DNA from: Amoebophrya sp. A120
Lineage: Eukaryota; Protista; Dinoflagellata
NCBI GenBank assembly: GCA_905178155.1
Contig: CAJINV010000004.1
Location: 8,145,239 to 8,209,238 of the forward strand
Reading direction: 5' to 3'
Length of the DNA stretch: 64,000 bases
Below, one piece after another: positions 1 to 11,500 of the stretch (positions are counted from its first letter, which is position 1; each line of letters starts with the position of its first letter). The translations under genes and the position numbers were made by a program. Below the pieces are notes generated by a model. The model did not search any database. It saw nothing but the letters and a program-made list of their open reading frames with translations, and had not been told where the DNA came from.

Positions 1-3000
1 TTGCAATGCATAGACCCAACGGCGAATCTGCTCGCCCCGTTACAAGAGCTGTTGGACTCGGGGAAAGTGCAGTGGCGACAGACGATCGAGGGCGAGATCT
101 GCGACCAAAGGGAGTACTTGCTGATGTCGGACGATAAAAATTCTATCACAGACGACAACCATGGCAGCAACAGCAACACCACAAAGTCTTTTTTAGAAAA
201 AAACGACAACACCTGCAATTTGGTTCAGATCCAAGACTACAAAACGTCATTGAACAAGCTCCCGACGAACCAGACCTTCGACATTTTACTTGCCGATTTC
301 CGCTACACGAACTGCGAAGAAGAGCTAGCTGTTATCGTAAGGAAAAATCCCCCCTCCCCATCTTGAAAAGAAAATTTGTGATGCTGATTTGTGACCACAA
401 ATCAGCTTTGTCTTGCGTACAAGGCAAACGGCACCCATGTGGCGCATTGGAAAGCGAGTCTGTCATCCGTTTTCGCCTATGGCAGACTTGTTTCCCATGC
501 TCATCTGCTAGCCGGGTGAGTAGTCACATGGGCTCAGAATCTGCCGGCAACCTGTTGCTGCAATACAAAGCTCATTTGTGTACACAAATCCAGCAACACA
601 AATTGTCTTTTGAATATGAGGTGGAGCTTTTTTCACTTTGATAGCCGCCCTCGCCTCCCGCTGCCACGGAGTTCTACTGCTCGCGACGCTGCATATCAAA
701 TGCAAATATGTCTGGGTCTGGAAACTTGTGATGCTAAAACGTGGATGATAGAAACAGTCCCGAATGCAACCCAGCATGACAACTTTCTAGAACGCTTTCT
801 CATAGGAAATCCGCATGAGAAACTGCGTTTTTGTATGTACAAAAGAGGCCGCGACTTTTGCTGGTTACGCAATACAGATTTCCTAGGTATCGAAAGCAAG
901 CATTACAAGTTCCAACCCTCCAGACCCAGACATATTTGCATTTGATACTGCACAAAGTCGAGCAGCTCCCCGGGTTCGAAAAGTCGGATTTGCTGGACAG
1001 CGTCCGCGCGGAGGCCCTCGGTTTTTTCACCTCCAATGGCGACCGGGAGCCGGAAAGGACGAAATCTATCAAATGCAAAAATGTCTGGGTCTGGGAGATC
1101 GCGAGACTTGTCATGCTACTCTGGCATGACACTGGAATCTGTGTTGCGTAGCCGCATAGAGCTCCTCTTCCTTGTCATGCAAAAACGCAGTTTCTCATGC
1201 GGAGGACGCAATTCAGAACCACGAAAAAACTTGTCATGCTTGGCAGCGCATTACAGCGTGCTCGCTATTCCTTTCCTTGCATCACAAGTTTCAAGACCCA
1301 GACATATTTGCAATGCATAAAGTCCCATTGGAGACGAATGCGGGCGAAGGGGGTGGCGCACTTGGAGAAGCAAACGATCCACAAACACCAGTTTTTCCGC
1401 AGTTACCTTTATCAAATGCAAATATGTCTGGTTCTGGAAGGGTGTAAGTTGTAATGCTGCATTTGGATTCCAAAAAAAATCTGTGTTGCAGGAATAGCAA
1501 AAGGGGTGCGTTTTTTGCCACGCGGAGGGAGTATTTCTCATGCAGTATGGGCATCAGAAAGCCGTCACAATATCTGTGACGCTAGGGCATGCATCACAGA
1601 CATCGCCGGTGATACAAAATGTGCATGACAAACTTCCAGACCCAGACATGTTTGCAAGGTCAGTTCAAATTTCAGTACATAGTTCCTCTCATGCTCCATG
1701 TCATAAATGCTTCCCGATAAATCGATGATCTAGTAGTACTTTACTTTATTTACCTATAGCTCATGATGATTCTTACCCGAATGCTATAATAGTTGTTAAT
1801 CTAGTTTTTAATGCGCATTTGGGGGAAGGGTCATGAACGGTAGTAGTGTCAGCGAATAGTAGTGAGCATGCACCCACGGTGTGCTATTCGCACGGCCATG
1901 GCACTACTGCGCGAGCACCCACAGGCTCCCAGGTGCCTAGCGCTTTGGCCAGCGTAGCACCTCGGTAGAGCTTGCGGGACCCCGTGGGCAGAAGTTCATA
2001 GCACCCAATTTGTACGTTGCGCAAGTGATATTATAAGTAGTAATAGTTAGTTCCACCGGTGGACATATTAGCATGCTTAATCTCTCTCTAAATAGTGCAA
2101 ACACGTAGTTCTCTTTTATTTTCTTTCTTCATAAAGTTCAAGTCGTTCTCTTCCCTGTGCTGTACCAAGGTCTTGTTTCCAGACAAAACACCAGACATGT
2201 TTGCAATGCATAACCTCTCTGTCTGGGCGAAACAAGAATTCGCGGAAACGATCAAAAAGAACTACTCCCCCACGACAGAGGACAACTTCGACAGTTTGGT
2301 TCCCGACTTTGACAATGCAAATGACGAGTTATTCCTCTCCCGCCAGGGCTCGGCGGTTTCCGATTTGTACCGGGAAAAATCCGGGATGGTATCCGGAGGA
2401 AAAACGTCCCCACCCAGAGAGTCCTCAAGCTGGGGATTTTGCAGTACGCAAACCCACAGGATTTGGCTGTCGGGCATGACAAGTTTGGGTCTCTTGTGTA
2501 GATAGTCGTGGGTGGCTAGTTCTGAGGTCACATCACAAATCTAGCTCCTTATCCTGATTAGCGCAGGAGTCCTGCGCTAAAAAACATAGGAGTCATGCAT
2601 ATTTGGGACTTTGTCCTGCGGCAGGACAAAGTCCCAAATATGCATGACAATAAATCTGGGGTGGGGACGTAGTTTTTCCCAACGATAGGTGGCTGCTGCT
2701 GTTGGTCAACAAGTGAATCACAACCAGCAAACGACCGTGTACTACCAGGACGACAGCATTCTCGCCAGCTACTACGAGTTTCACTTTGGAAAAGTCCTCC
2801 CCCTCCGCGTCCCTAACTTCCCCGCGGCGACGTCTTCCTTTTGCTTGGAAATGTGCGAGAAATACGGTTCGAAATTGAATCTCGCGATGGACGCGGGTTG
2901 CGGGCCGGGGAGGTCGGCCTTTGAACTGCTTGCCGGAACAAGGGGTGGTGGAAACAGTGGCACCAACGGGTTTGCGAAGGTGGAAGCGTTCGATTACGCG

Positions 3001-4037
3001 GAAGGGTTTGTGGACATGCTGAAGCAGGAGCAGGCGAGGCTCGGTATTCCGGAAGAAAGATTGGCATCCTACCAGGGCGACGCGCATCTGTTGGCGGAGA
3101 TCTGCAAGAACCCGTATTGGATTTTTTTTTTGCTGTAAGTTTTCGGTAGGCTTTTTGTCTTTGTCATGCAAGAATTGCATGTTGGGTCGTCTTTCTGTTG
3201 CGGGAACTCCAATACACGTAAAAAAACAGCCTCGGCACCTACGATCTAGTCTCCGGCTGCAACTTGATTGACCGATTACACGATCCAATGCAGTATTTGC
3301 AAGCGTGCAAGAAGTTGGTGAATCCTGACAAAGGACTCATCATTCACTGCTCACCGTACACCTGTTATGCAAGCAGAGGAATAGGATTTTGTACCGGACT
3401 GTCCGGTACATTAGAGTAAAGAAAGAAATTGTCCGACAATTCCTTTCTTGACTTTGTCATGCATAAAACCATCGGCTTGCGACTTTGTTATGACGCAGTG
3501 ATCCGTGATACGCATTCTGTTTTCCAAAACTTCGTGGCAAAACGCATCACAATAAGACAATTTATGACGTCTCCGAACAAAATCCTCCCTCCCGCCCCCG
3601 TCATACTCCGAAGCCCGAGCATACGGAGATCGAGAAGTGGGTCGGCGGGAAATTCACGCCCCAGATGGAGAAGTTGTTCACCGAGCAGGCGTTGCAGGAG
3701 TTTATGGAGAAGGATAACGAATTTAAGCTTGTCGAAACCCGCAAGATCCCCTTTGTCATCCCCGATACGGATGGCTCATTTCAATATCGCAAGAAAAAAC
3801 TGCTTCACTGTAAACTTGTAATGCAGAAAATGGATCTGAGAAGTATCTGTCTTGGTACATATGCAAGACAATGGATTTTCACCTGTGTTTTTCATTAGGA
3901 ATCTCGCATGGCAAATTTTCTCGGTGCTGTAGAACAAACTTGTGATGCAAAACTTGCAAAACCCTTACAGTGTAACACTTTTTCCGTGCGATATTCAATT
4001 TACGTTCTCGAACGCCACGGTTTTTCAGCGGATATAG
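1..4037 (+). CDS. OvoA-like (ovothiol biosynthesis) protein, 3' part, with two tandem SAM-dependent methyltransferase domains; 5' end lies outside the window; 8 introns
   Basis: Joined exons read ...LQELLDSGKVQWRQTIEGEI...HQFFRSYLSVW (degenerate MTase). They continue YYQDDSILASYYEFHFG..VPNFP..MDAGCGPGRSAFEL..YQGDAHLL..YDLVSGCNLIDRLHDP..SPYTW.PEHTEIEKWVGG..IPFVIPDTDGSFQFTFSNATVFQRI*, matching the OvoA C-terminal 4-mercaptohistidine N-methyltransferase. There are 7 TIR introns and one GT-AG intron (3114-3229). Confidence 0.8.
333..643. mobile_element. Introner family B
   Basis: TATCGTAAGGAAAAATCCCCC...TTTGATA; DR gctgt/gccgc; frame restored. Confidence 0.8.
694..947. mobile_element. Introner family A
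   Basis: TATCAAATGCAAATATGTCTGGGTCTGG...CCAGACCCAGACATATTTGCATTTGATA; DR ctgca/ctgca. Confidence 0.95.
1067..1319. mobile_element. Introner family A
   Basis: Family A TIRs; DR aaatc/aagtc. Confidence 0.9.
1410..2212. mobile_element. Introner family A carrying a nested 533-bp insertion
   Basis: Left TIR at 1410, right end TGCATA at 2212; DR acctt/acctc; frame restored (RSYL-SVWAKQE). Confidence 0.85.
1658..2190. mobile_element. Insertion flanked by a 16-bp duplication, inside the right TIR of an introner
   Basis: CCAGACATGTTTGCAA at 1642-1657 and again at 2191-2206. Confidence 0.65.
2390..2687. mobile_element. Introner family C (internally rearranged, with two palindromes)
   Basis: TATCCGGAGGAAAAACGTCCCCACCCAGA...TCTGGGGTGGGGACGT..GATA; DR gatgg/ggtgg. 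Confidence 0.85.
3366..3605. mobile_element. Degenerate TIR intron (singleton)
   Basis: TATG..GGATTTTGT..CGGA / TCCGAACAAAATCC..CATA; DR degenerate (cctgt/ctccg); interrupts the conserved SPYTW motif. Confidence 0.7.
3785..3993. mobile_element. Introner family F
   Basis: TATCGCAAGAAAAAACTGCTTCACTGTAA...TTACAGTGTAACACTTTTTCCGTGCGATA; DR ttcaa/ttcaa. Confidence 0.9.
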
Positions 4038-5233
4038 ATTATCGTCGGTTTCGTGGTTTGTTTATTTAGTAATTACTTACGTATTTTCTGAGTTGAGTAT
4101 TGTGACTGCAATCGGCATCCTCCACGTCCTGCTGCTTGCGGCCTATGCTGGTATGGAACAGGAACTTTTTGGCCTCGACTCGTGTGCAGGAGTAGAATCT
4201 CTCGATTATGTGAATGTACTAAATGGTAGGAACGCATTTGTTTAGGAATTATGAAAAGAGCACAAATTTATACTTTTGCCTCCGTGGAAGAAAACTAGGA
4301 CGATCGTGCCTTGATGCACTGGATCGTTTTTTTTACCGCGATAGAATCCAGTTTCACTTCTTTTTTCCGACATGTTTTTTCCTCTCAATGATCGCACTAA
4401 ACAATATACTCACTGCCAAGTAATTATCCTCCGTCCTGCGCTTCGATATTAATAACTCTGATTGAATACCGTTTTCCATCGATAAGACTTAGATTATCCA
4501 ATCTCGATATTATTGGCCACCAGTTTTAGACTCCTCCAGGCAATAACGGCCTCGAGGTACGTAGTTGCGAAGGTACATATGTCCCTGTATACATGCGGTT
4601 GCAGGTCAATAACCGTTCAAAAAAACATAGGAAGTCATGGCTCGCAAGTCTAAAACGCAGGTGTAGTAACTTGTCATGCTGGGAAAATACTACAGCGGAC
4701 CGCCTGGTGTTGACTTCGGCATGGAACTTCAACGTCAAGGTAACTTCAAGTCGAATTTTTTCGTAGGGAAGATTGCTACTCTGAGATGAATTTGTGGTTG
4801 TGGGAACCGTCATTGGGGTATCTTTAACTTGTATCTCACTTCAACATACAAGATGTTTGATGAAAATCAAAACTCCTGTCCTATGCAGGAGCTTTCATCT
4901 CAGCACATATTTACTTCGTTGTTCCAAAATGCGACTCGGATGGTCGAGAAAATCTTTTCGTTCTTGGTTCGATTCACTGACAATTGAGATCACAAATGAA
5001 TTCGCTCTCCGTAAAGCTTTTCTGCTGCTGGGTTCCGAAAATAAATGCATCCATTTCAAAGACCGCCACACTCTCAACATCGATGTAAATGCGTAGCGCG
5101 TATAGATCGACCTTGCTATTCGCACCGGTTGTAAGGAGATCACGACGCATGATCTGTGATGCAAGTTCATGTGGTCCTTAGCATGCTGATTCGAAATGTT
5201 TTTGATATTTGCATTGCATGTTGGAACCTTTTC

Positions 5234-5255
5234 AACGTAGCCATTTTCGCCCAAG
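5234..5255 (+). other. Dinoflagellate spliced-leader-like sequence (relic or SL RNA exon)
   Basis: AACGTAGCCATTTTCGCCCAAG versus DinoSL DCCGTAGCCATTTTGGCTCAAG, 19/22 identical. Confidence 0.65.
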
Positions 5256-5283
5256 GCCCGCCAGGATTCAAGTCACAGAATCT

Positions 5284-5397
5284 CATCTATGATAGTTGCA
5301 ATCAATTTTAGTGGTATACCTAACTTAAGTACCTATCGCAGAGTCGCATCTACGATAGTTGCAATCAATTTTAGTGGTACACCTAACTTACGTACCC
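5284..5397. repeat. Tandem duplication, 63-bp period
   Basis: CATCTAYGATAGTTGCAATCAATTTTAGTGGTAYACCTAACTTA.GTACC at 5284 and 5347. Confidence 0.9.
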
Positions 5398-5582
5398 TGC
5401 TCGCTGGGGGAGCATATCCAATTCAACGCACAACGGGACGGCAAACCTCTTCAATTTGTAAAGCGCATTTCCTGTCAAACTCAAAGAGCTGCTACGCGTT
5501 CTATATCAGATCGAGGCGGCCTCGACCAATTTGCTTACTCCGTACGTATCTACAAGGTTCTTGATATTGTATATAAGTAATC

Positions 5583-8500
5583 ATGTGTGTGCCTTTCTAT
5601 CTATACTTTGTAAGTCCTATGGCGGTAGCCGCTTCCACCGTTTATGCTTCGGCGTCGGCTTTCCCTTGGGATGATCATGGCGGTGTGGAACCAGGCGAAG
5701 CCTTCGATTGTAACGCTGCGGCTTTTGCTGCGGGGAGCGTGCTACGGGAGTATCTGGTCCGCTTCACGACCAAGTCTTCAGCATCGTCGTCCTCGTCTAC
5801 TACTACTTTGACATCTTTCCCTTTTGTACAACAACTGGGGACCAGCTCCAGGCCCGTGACGTCAACACCCTCGACCCCCACTACACAATCTTCTATCGTA
5901 AGGAAAATAATTAAATCCCCCCTCCCCATATCGCAATTTCCTGATGCTGCAATTATTGGCCCAACAGACTAGACGTTTGCCATGCTCAGCGCCTAGCCCA
6001 AAACGACCTCTCTACTCCTCAGGCTTAGTATAGGCCTTTACTACTCTCCAGCAAGGCAAAAAATTTTGCGACAACGTTATATTTAATACAACTGCTGCGT
6101 CAGCAGGAGATGAAACTTCGTTTTGATAGTACGGGTAGGGGGGAGCGGGAAAAATTTTCCTTTTGATACTACCAAGAGCAGCTACCTTGGCATTTCTATC
6201 GCAGTCGCTGCCGCCTCAGCTCGTGGACGATCTCAACAACTATCCTGATTAAGAACGTACCCACACCAGAGTCAAGATGGGATTTTTGCAACACAAACCT
6301 AGGAGTTTTGGGAGTCACGCATAACAAGTTTCAGTCCGTAAGGTAGTGCAAGTTAGCAAGGAAAGCCGCATCACAAATCGATCTGCTGATCCTGTTTACA
6401 GCATTACAAGTTCCCAAACACGCTTGAAAATGCCTGTCATGGGGTTGCGCATCACAAATGTTCCTGTCATGGCAAATCTGCATGACAACTCTGGTGTGGG
6501 TACGTTTTTACTCAGGATAACAACCGTCCCTTGTTTAGGGAAGTCGGCACCTTCGCGGACCAGGACCGGACGTCGTATGCAAATGCTGGCGCTCACCAGG
6601 ACCAGGACCTAACCTCTATCGACGACCAACTCGCAGCTGAGACACTGGTGTTGCGAATGGGTGTTCTCGTCCGAGAAAAGCTGCCGAGTGTCCTCCTGTC
6701 CGCGAAGATATGGGGAACGTCGTGGTCGGGGGTGATTATAGAAGACGACTCTACGAGTGGAGAGGCGTCGGGAGACGAGAGCAGCCGCGGCCCTCGCGGT
6801 ATCGAAAGGAAAAATCCCTGACCCTCCCCATATCAAAACGGGATTTCTGATGCTGGATTTTTTGTGTACTACACAAATCAGCTTTGTGTTTGTACTTATT
6901 GTAGAGAGGCACTGCAGCCAGATCCCCCGGCTAGGCAGGGGCGCATGGGTCTAGTTTTTCAGCATGACAAACGGCTCCCCTTTGGGCCGAACAGCATGGA
7001 AAGTCGCTCTCTTAATGGGGCGGAAGGCTTCTGCCCTTGTCTTTCTGCAAGATAAACGCGATGTGTGGCCTCAAGTCAGCGAGGCAAATTTTCGGACACG
7101 GGACTTTCAAATATGGGGAGGGGGATTTTTTCTTACGATACGCGGCTTGCCATCTTCTGCAGGTGATTACGGTTGTGCCGCCGGTAATCCCCCCTCTCCA
7201 TATCGAAAACGAAATTTGTGATACTGTATTTGCGTACACAAATAATGCTAGAAGGCCAAGAAACGCAGCTGTGGCCGCCTCGTTTGCAGACAATTTGTCA
7301 TGCTGTTTCCCACTTCCAGCTGCCCCCTGTCATGCTGAAGATGCAAGGCTTTCCAACGCTAGTAACCCACCACAGTCCGCATCTTTTCCCTTTTAGCATG
7401 ACAAAGCTGATTTGTGGCCACATATCTGCATCACAAGTTTCTAGTTTGAGACAGGTAGTTCAAGTTCGCTACGGCGGGCCGCTTTGCTGTCCCCAGAGGA
7501 GACGTACCTCGACGTCAGTAGCATCCCCGAAATGCCTTTTGAACCGTCGTGCACGCGGCTGCTACACTGTCAAGAACGCGCCCGCCAGCACACAAATCAA
7601 CAAGCCGGTCAGGTTCAGGCGGTCGCTCTGGCGACGACCACCCGCCGCCGCACCGACGAGTACGAGCGAGACGAACACATCAGCAGGAGCAACATCACGC
7701 GCTCCGTCCGGCAAGTGCAGGTGCGGCCGCACGGGCGCCCGGGTAGTAGAAGTCGAAGGCGAACAAGCCTTCGCAATTCTAAAGCGGCCTTGGCAAATGC
7801 AATGCTTCGTGAGGTTGTGAGCGTTGTCGTGGGGGACGCGTGGGCCGCACTCAGTGTTGAGGCGACCAACCCTGTAACGCTTGAGGCCGTGGTCGGTTCG
7901 GCGCGGAAGCTGCGCGCATTTCTCCGGGCGGTGGCCGCGCTGTTCTTCACGGCCGAGTGGAGAGTCTCGATGCACCGCGGGACCCAAAAACAAGAACAAG
8001 AACAACGCAACATCCTAGACGACGCAGAAGTCCTTGCAGACCGCGTGAAGGCTGACCTCCTCGGCGCTCTTGCATTCGCAGACACGACGCTCGTTTTCAA
8101 CCCCGATAACAAGCTGACGCGAGGCATCCGCGGTCCGCAGAGATGGACCGGCTCAGCCACCAGAAGCGTTGTCTGGAAATACCAAAAATTGTTGAACAGG
8201 ACAGGCTATCAAGTGCAAATATGTCTGGGTCTGGAAGGATGCATGTTTGATGTTGTCATGCTTGATATCTAGCATGACTCTTCAATCTGTCCTGCGCGTT
8301 ACTTACTTACCCAAGAGCCCCATTTTGATCTTTCTGTCATAGAGAAATGCAGTCTGTCATGCAGAATAGGCAACACCTAGAACAAGCTCAGAAACTTGTC
8401 ATGCTGGGCCAGCACTTGTGGCTTCCTCATGATAAGGACCACGACACCCAGCATCACAAGTTTATTTTCCAGACCCAGACATTTTTGCATTTGATACAGG

Positions 8501-11500
8501 CCGCTCCGCTCCTTCGGGGAGCGGGCTCCCATGCTGGGCGACGGTTTCACAAGTCCAGGTGTGGGCGGCAGATTTCCGTCGGAGGTATTCACAGGCAGCG
8601 CTACGCGCTGCAGGAAGCTACGGACTATACGTTGCGCCACCTGATATTGTCCACGCGTGCGCGGCTAAAGATCCGGCATTCCGGCTGCGCTTTTCCGACG
8701 TCGGCCGTGCTGGAGAGCTGGTCCCAGGTCGCGCGGGTCCAGGTGGACCAGGGCCGCATTATCAAGTTGCCACCTTCTTGTTCGGCGCCGCAGCCGAGCA
8801 GCCGCTCAGCGTGAGCCACTTCACGCAGAGGTTGGCAAGGCTAGAGCGAGAAGAGGTAAAAAACCGCGCCGCGGTCCCCGGTCTGGTCGGCTCTTCGCCT
8901 ACTAGTACTTGTTCCGGCACAGCTTCTAGACGCTTACCAGGGCCGCCAGGGAGGTCGCGGAGGTCTCGGTCTCCCCAGCCGCGAAAGCGAAGCACAGAAG
9001 TGCTATCCTGTTGTAAAAACGCCCCCACCTCCCCAGAGTTGCATGCTGAAAATATTTCTCAACATGCGGAGCCCGCCCATGAGAGGCATTTATTTCTAGT
9101 CCTCGTGTTTCGGAATTTGTCATGCTCCAATCATCATGATTATATGCTAGATCTGTGATGCCGCTGAAGTAGCTAAACACAGAAACTACACTACGAGGCG
9201 AAACTTGTCATGCATAACCCCCAAGACTTGGAGATTTGTGTTGCAAATTTCCCATCTTGACTCTGGTGTGGGGACGTTTTTCCTCAGGATAAGTGCCTCA
9301 AGTTCTTCACCACCTCGCCGGAAAAGTGCTGAACACCTTCGCCCAACTCCTATGGATTGTAAAAATGTCTGGGTCTGGAAGATTGCGAGATTTGTCATGC
9401 ATATTTCGGATCACGCAAATGGCGTCTGATGCAGGCAAAAGCATCACAGGTTTTGCGCACGCCTCATGATGCCTGTAGTCCCGCATGAGAAACTTCCTAC
9501 TTGCGTGCCAAGAAATGGACAGCTCCTGGTGCTCATGCAACACAAATCCAGAGTTTGCATCACAACAGTAGTTCCAACCCTTCCAGACCCAGGCATTTTT
9601 ACATTTGATAACTCCGAGTGGAGTCTTACGTCCAGAGTGAGTGGTCCGAACTATCCTGGACGGAGAACCTTTCGCCAGGAGAGCGCGTGAAGGCTGCGAG
9701 AAAGGTTGAGGAGAATCTCGGGGGGCTGCTTCAGGCATACCTGGGAGATGAAAATGCTTCTGGATTCCTCGACGAGAAAAAAATCATGTACGGGCTGATC
9801 TACCTCGACCGAGTGCTCGACAAGTACCGATGTGATCTGACCGGAGACGACGATGACGAGGACAGCAGGGGTAGCACTTCTAGCAGGGATCCTCACGACG
9901 AGGCGGATCGTTTGCGCGAAGAGGAAGACATAGATATCAAAGGGATTGTAGCAAAGTCGGACGCCCGCATAAAAAAAGAGTTGGAAGCTAGAGGAGCAGC
10001 ATATGCAGCTGCACAACGTGAACTTGGAGAAGAGGAAGTAATGCGGGAAGTATCGTAAGAAAAAATCCCATATTTTTGAAAAGCTTTGTTTCCGAAGATT
10101 TGCGTTGCTCCTTTGAGGTCAGAATAAACCGCCTTTGTCTTGCAAGAAGACAAGGGCAAGTAGCAGCTTCCGCCCTATTCAGAAAGTGATTTGTCATGCT
10201 GTCCGGCCTGAAGGGGGGCCGTTTTCCATGCTGAACAACTAGACCCATCAGCTCTCACCTAGCCTGGGAACCTGGCCGCAATGCCTCTCTGCAGTACTAG
10301 TACAAAGCTGATTTGTGTACACAAATCCAGCAGCAGAAGTTCCGTTTTGATATAAAGAGGGGGGATTTTTGCTTTCGATAAGAAGTAGGAGGACTACATG
10401 CCCCCGGTGAAGCTGCTGCGCACGAGGGGGCCGCCGCCGCGTCTCGGCTGCAGACAGCACGGCAAGGTCTTGGGCTATCATTTGTAAAAACGTCCCCACG
10501 AGGACCCCAGAATCAAGTTGGGGAAGATTTTGCGACACAAACCTTGAAGTTTTGGGAACTACTACCACGCGTGACAAAGTGCAGGCTGTAGTGTAGTGCA
10601 GTTTAGCAAGGAAAGCCGCATAGCAAATCCATCTACTCATCCTGTTTACAGCATTACAAGTTCCAAAACACCATTGGAAATGCCTCTCATCATCAGGATG
10701 CGCATTACAAACGCTTTTGTGCTTGCAGACATCTCTGGGGTGGGGATGTTTTTACACAGGATTTGGGCGAGGTGATTTTTACACAGAAGATGGCCTCGAC
10801 GACGATGGTGCAGCCTCCGACATCTCGTCCTCTGCAGCGGCTAGTCACAGCGAAAAGCATGGAACTCTTGCTACCGTGCGGTTTCGGCAATTGGTCACAG
10901 ATTGGAGCCGCGCCTTTCCGCAGCGCGAACGGAGTGGGGCGACCCGCTGGACAGAAGTTCTTGTTGATGGTGTTCCTAGGACCACCACCACCTCCAGCAC
11001 TGCACGAGATGAGCCTGCTCCTCCTGGGAATACTCATGATCATGCTGATCGGGATCACGCTGCCAAGATGAAGAACATGGCGGGATCATTAGGCTTTCTG
11101 CTTTTGCCTCCAGGCTCTCGTGTCGTTGAGCCTGGACGAACTGCCGCGTTTGAAGCGGACGAACAAGTAGAGGGAAACCACGGCGAGCAGGATGTTGAAA
11201 CTACTAGCACGCGTCTAATGCGGGAGGGGCTAAACCACCCGACGGGCGGGGCCGGGGCCGTTGCGCGACGACCAGCACCTTCTGCCGACTACTCCGCTCG
11301 CCTGCTTCTGGACGTCAGAAGGCAGCTTCTAGGACTCCACCCTTCTCGTGCACCAGCGGGTCTCGAAGTAGAACAAGAACTACATGCTGAGACGTTGAGG
11401 GATCGAAAAAAGCCGCAGTCTGCGGGGGAAGAGTTCGGAATTGGAATTCTCCTGCATCCGGAGCTAGAAGTGGCTCTGCTGGCACTCAGTTTGGCCTTTC

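Noticed and set aside
1-366. First exon as precorrin-2 dehydrogenase (CysG N-terminus)
   Set aside because: It fits the OvoA methyltransferase insertion region better and continues in frame into an OvoA-type domain.
4526-5254. Possible minus-strand gene (ORFs 4526-4813 and 4895-5254)
   Set aside because: No recognisable domain and no junctions could be fixed.
5284-5397. 63-bp repeat as a snoRNA or snRNA
   Set aside because: No box D and no rRNA complementarity seen; AATTTTAG is only a weak Sm-like site.
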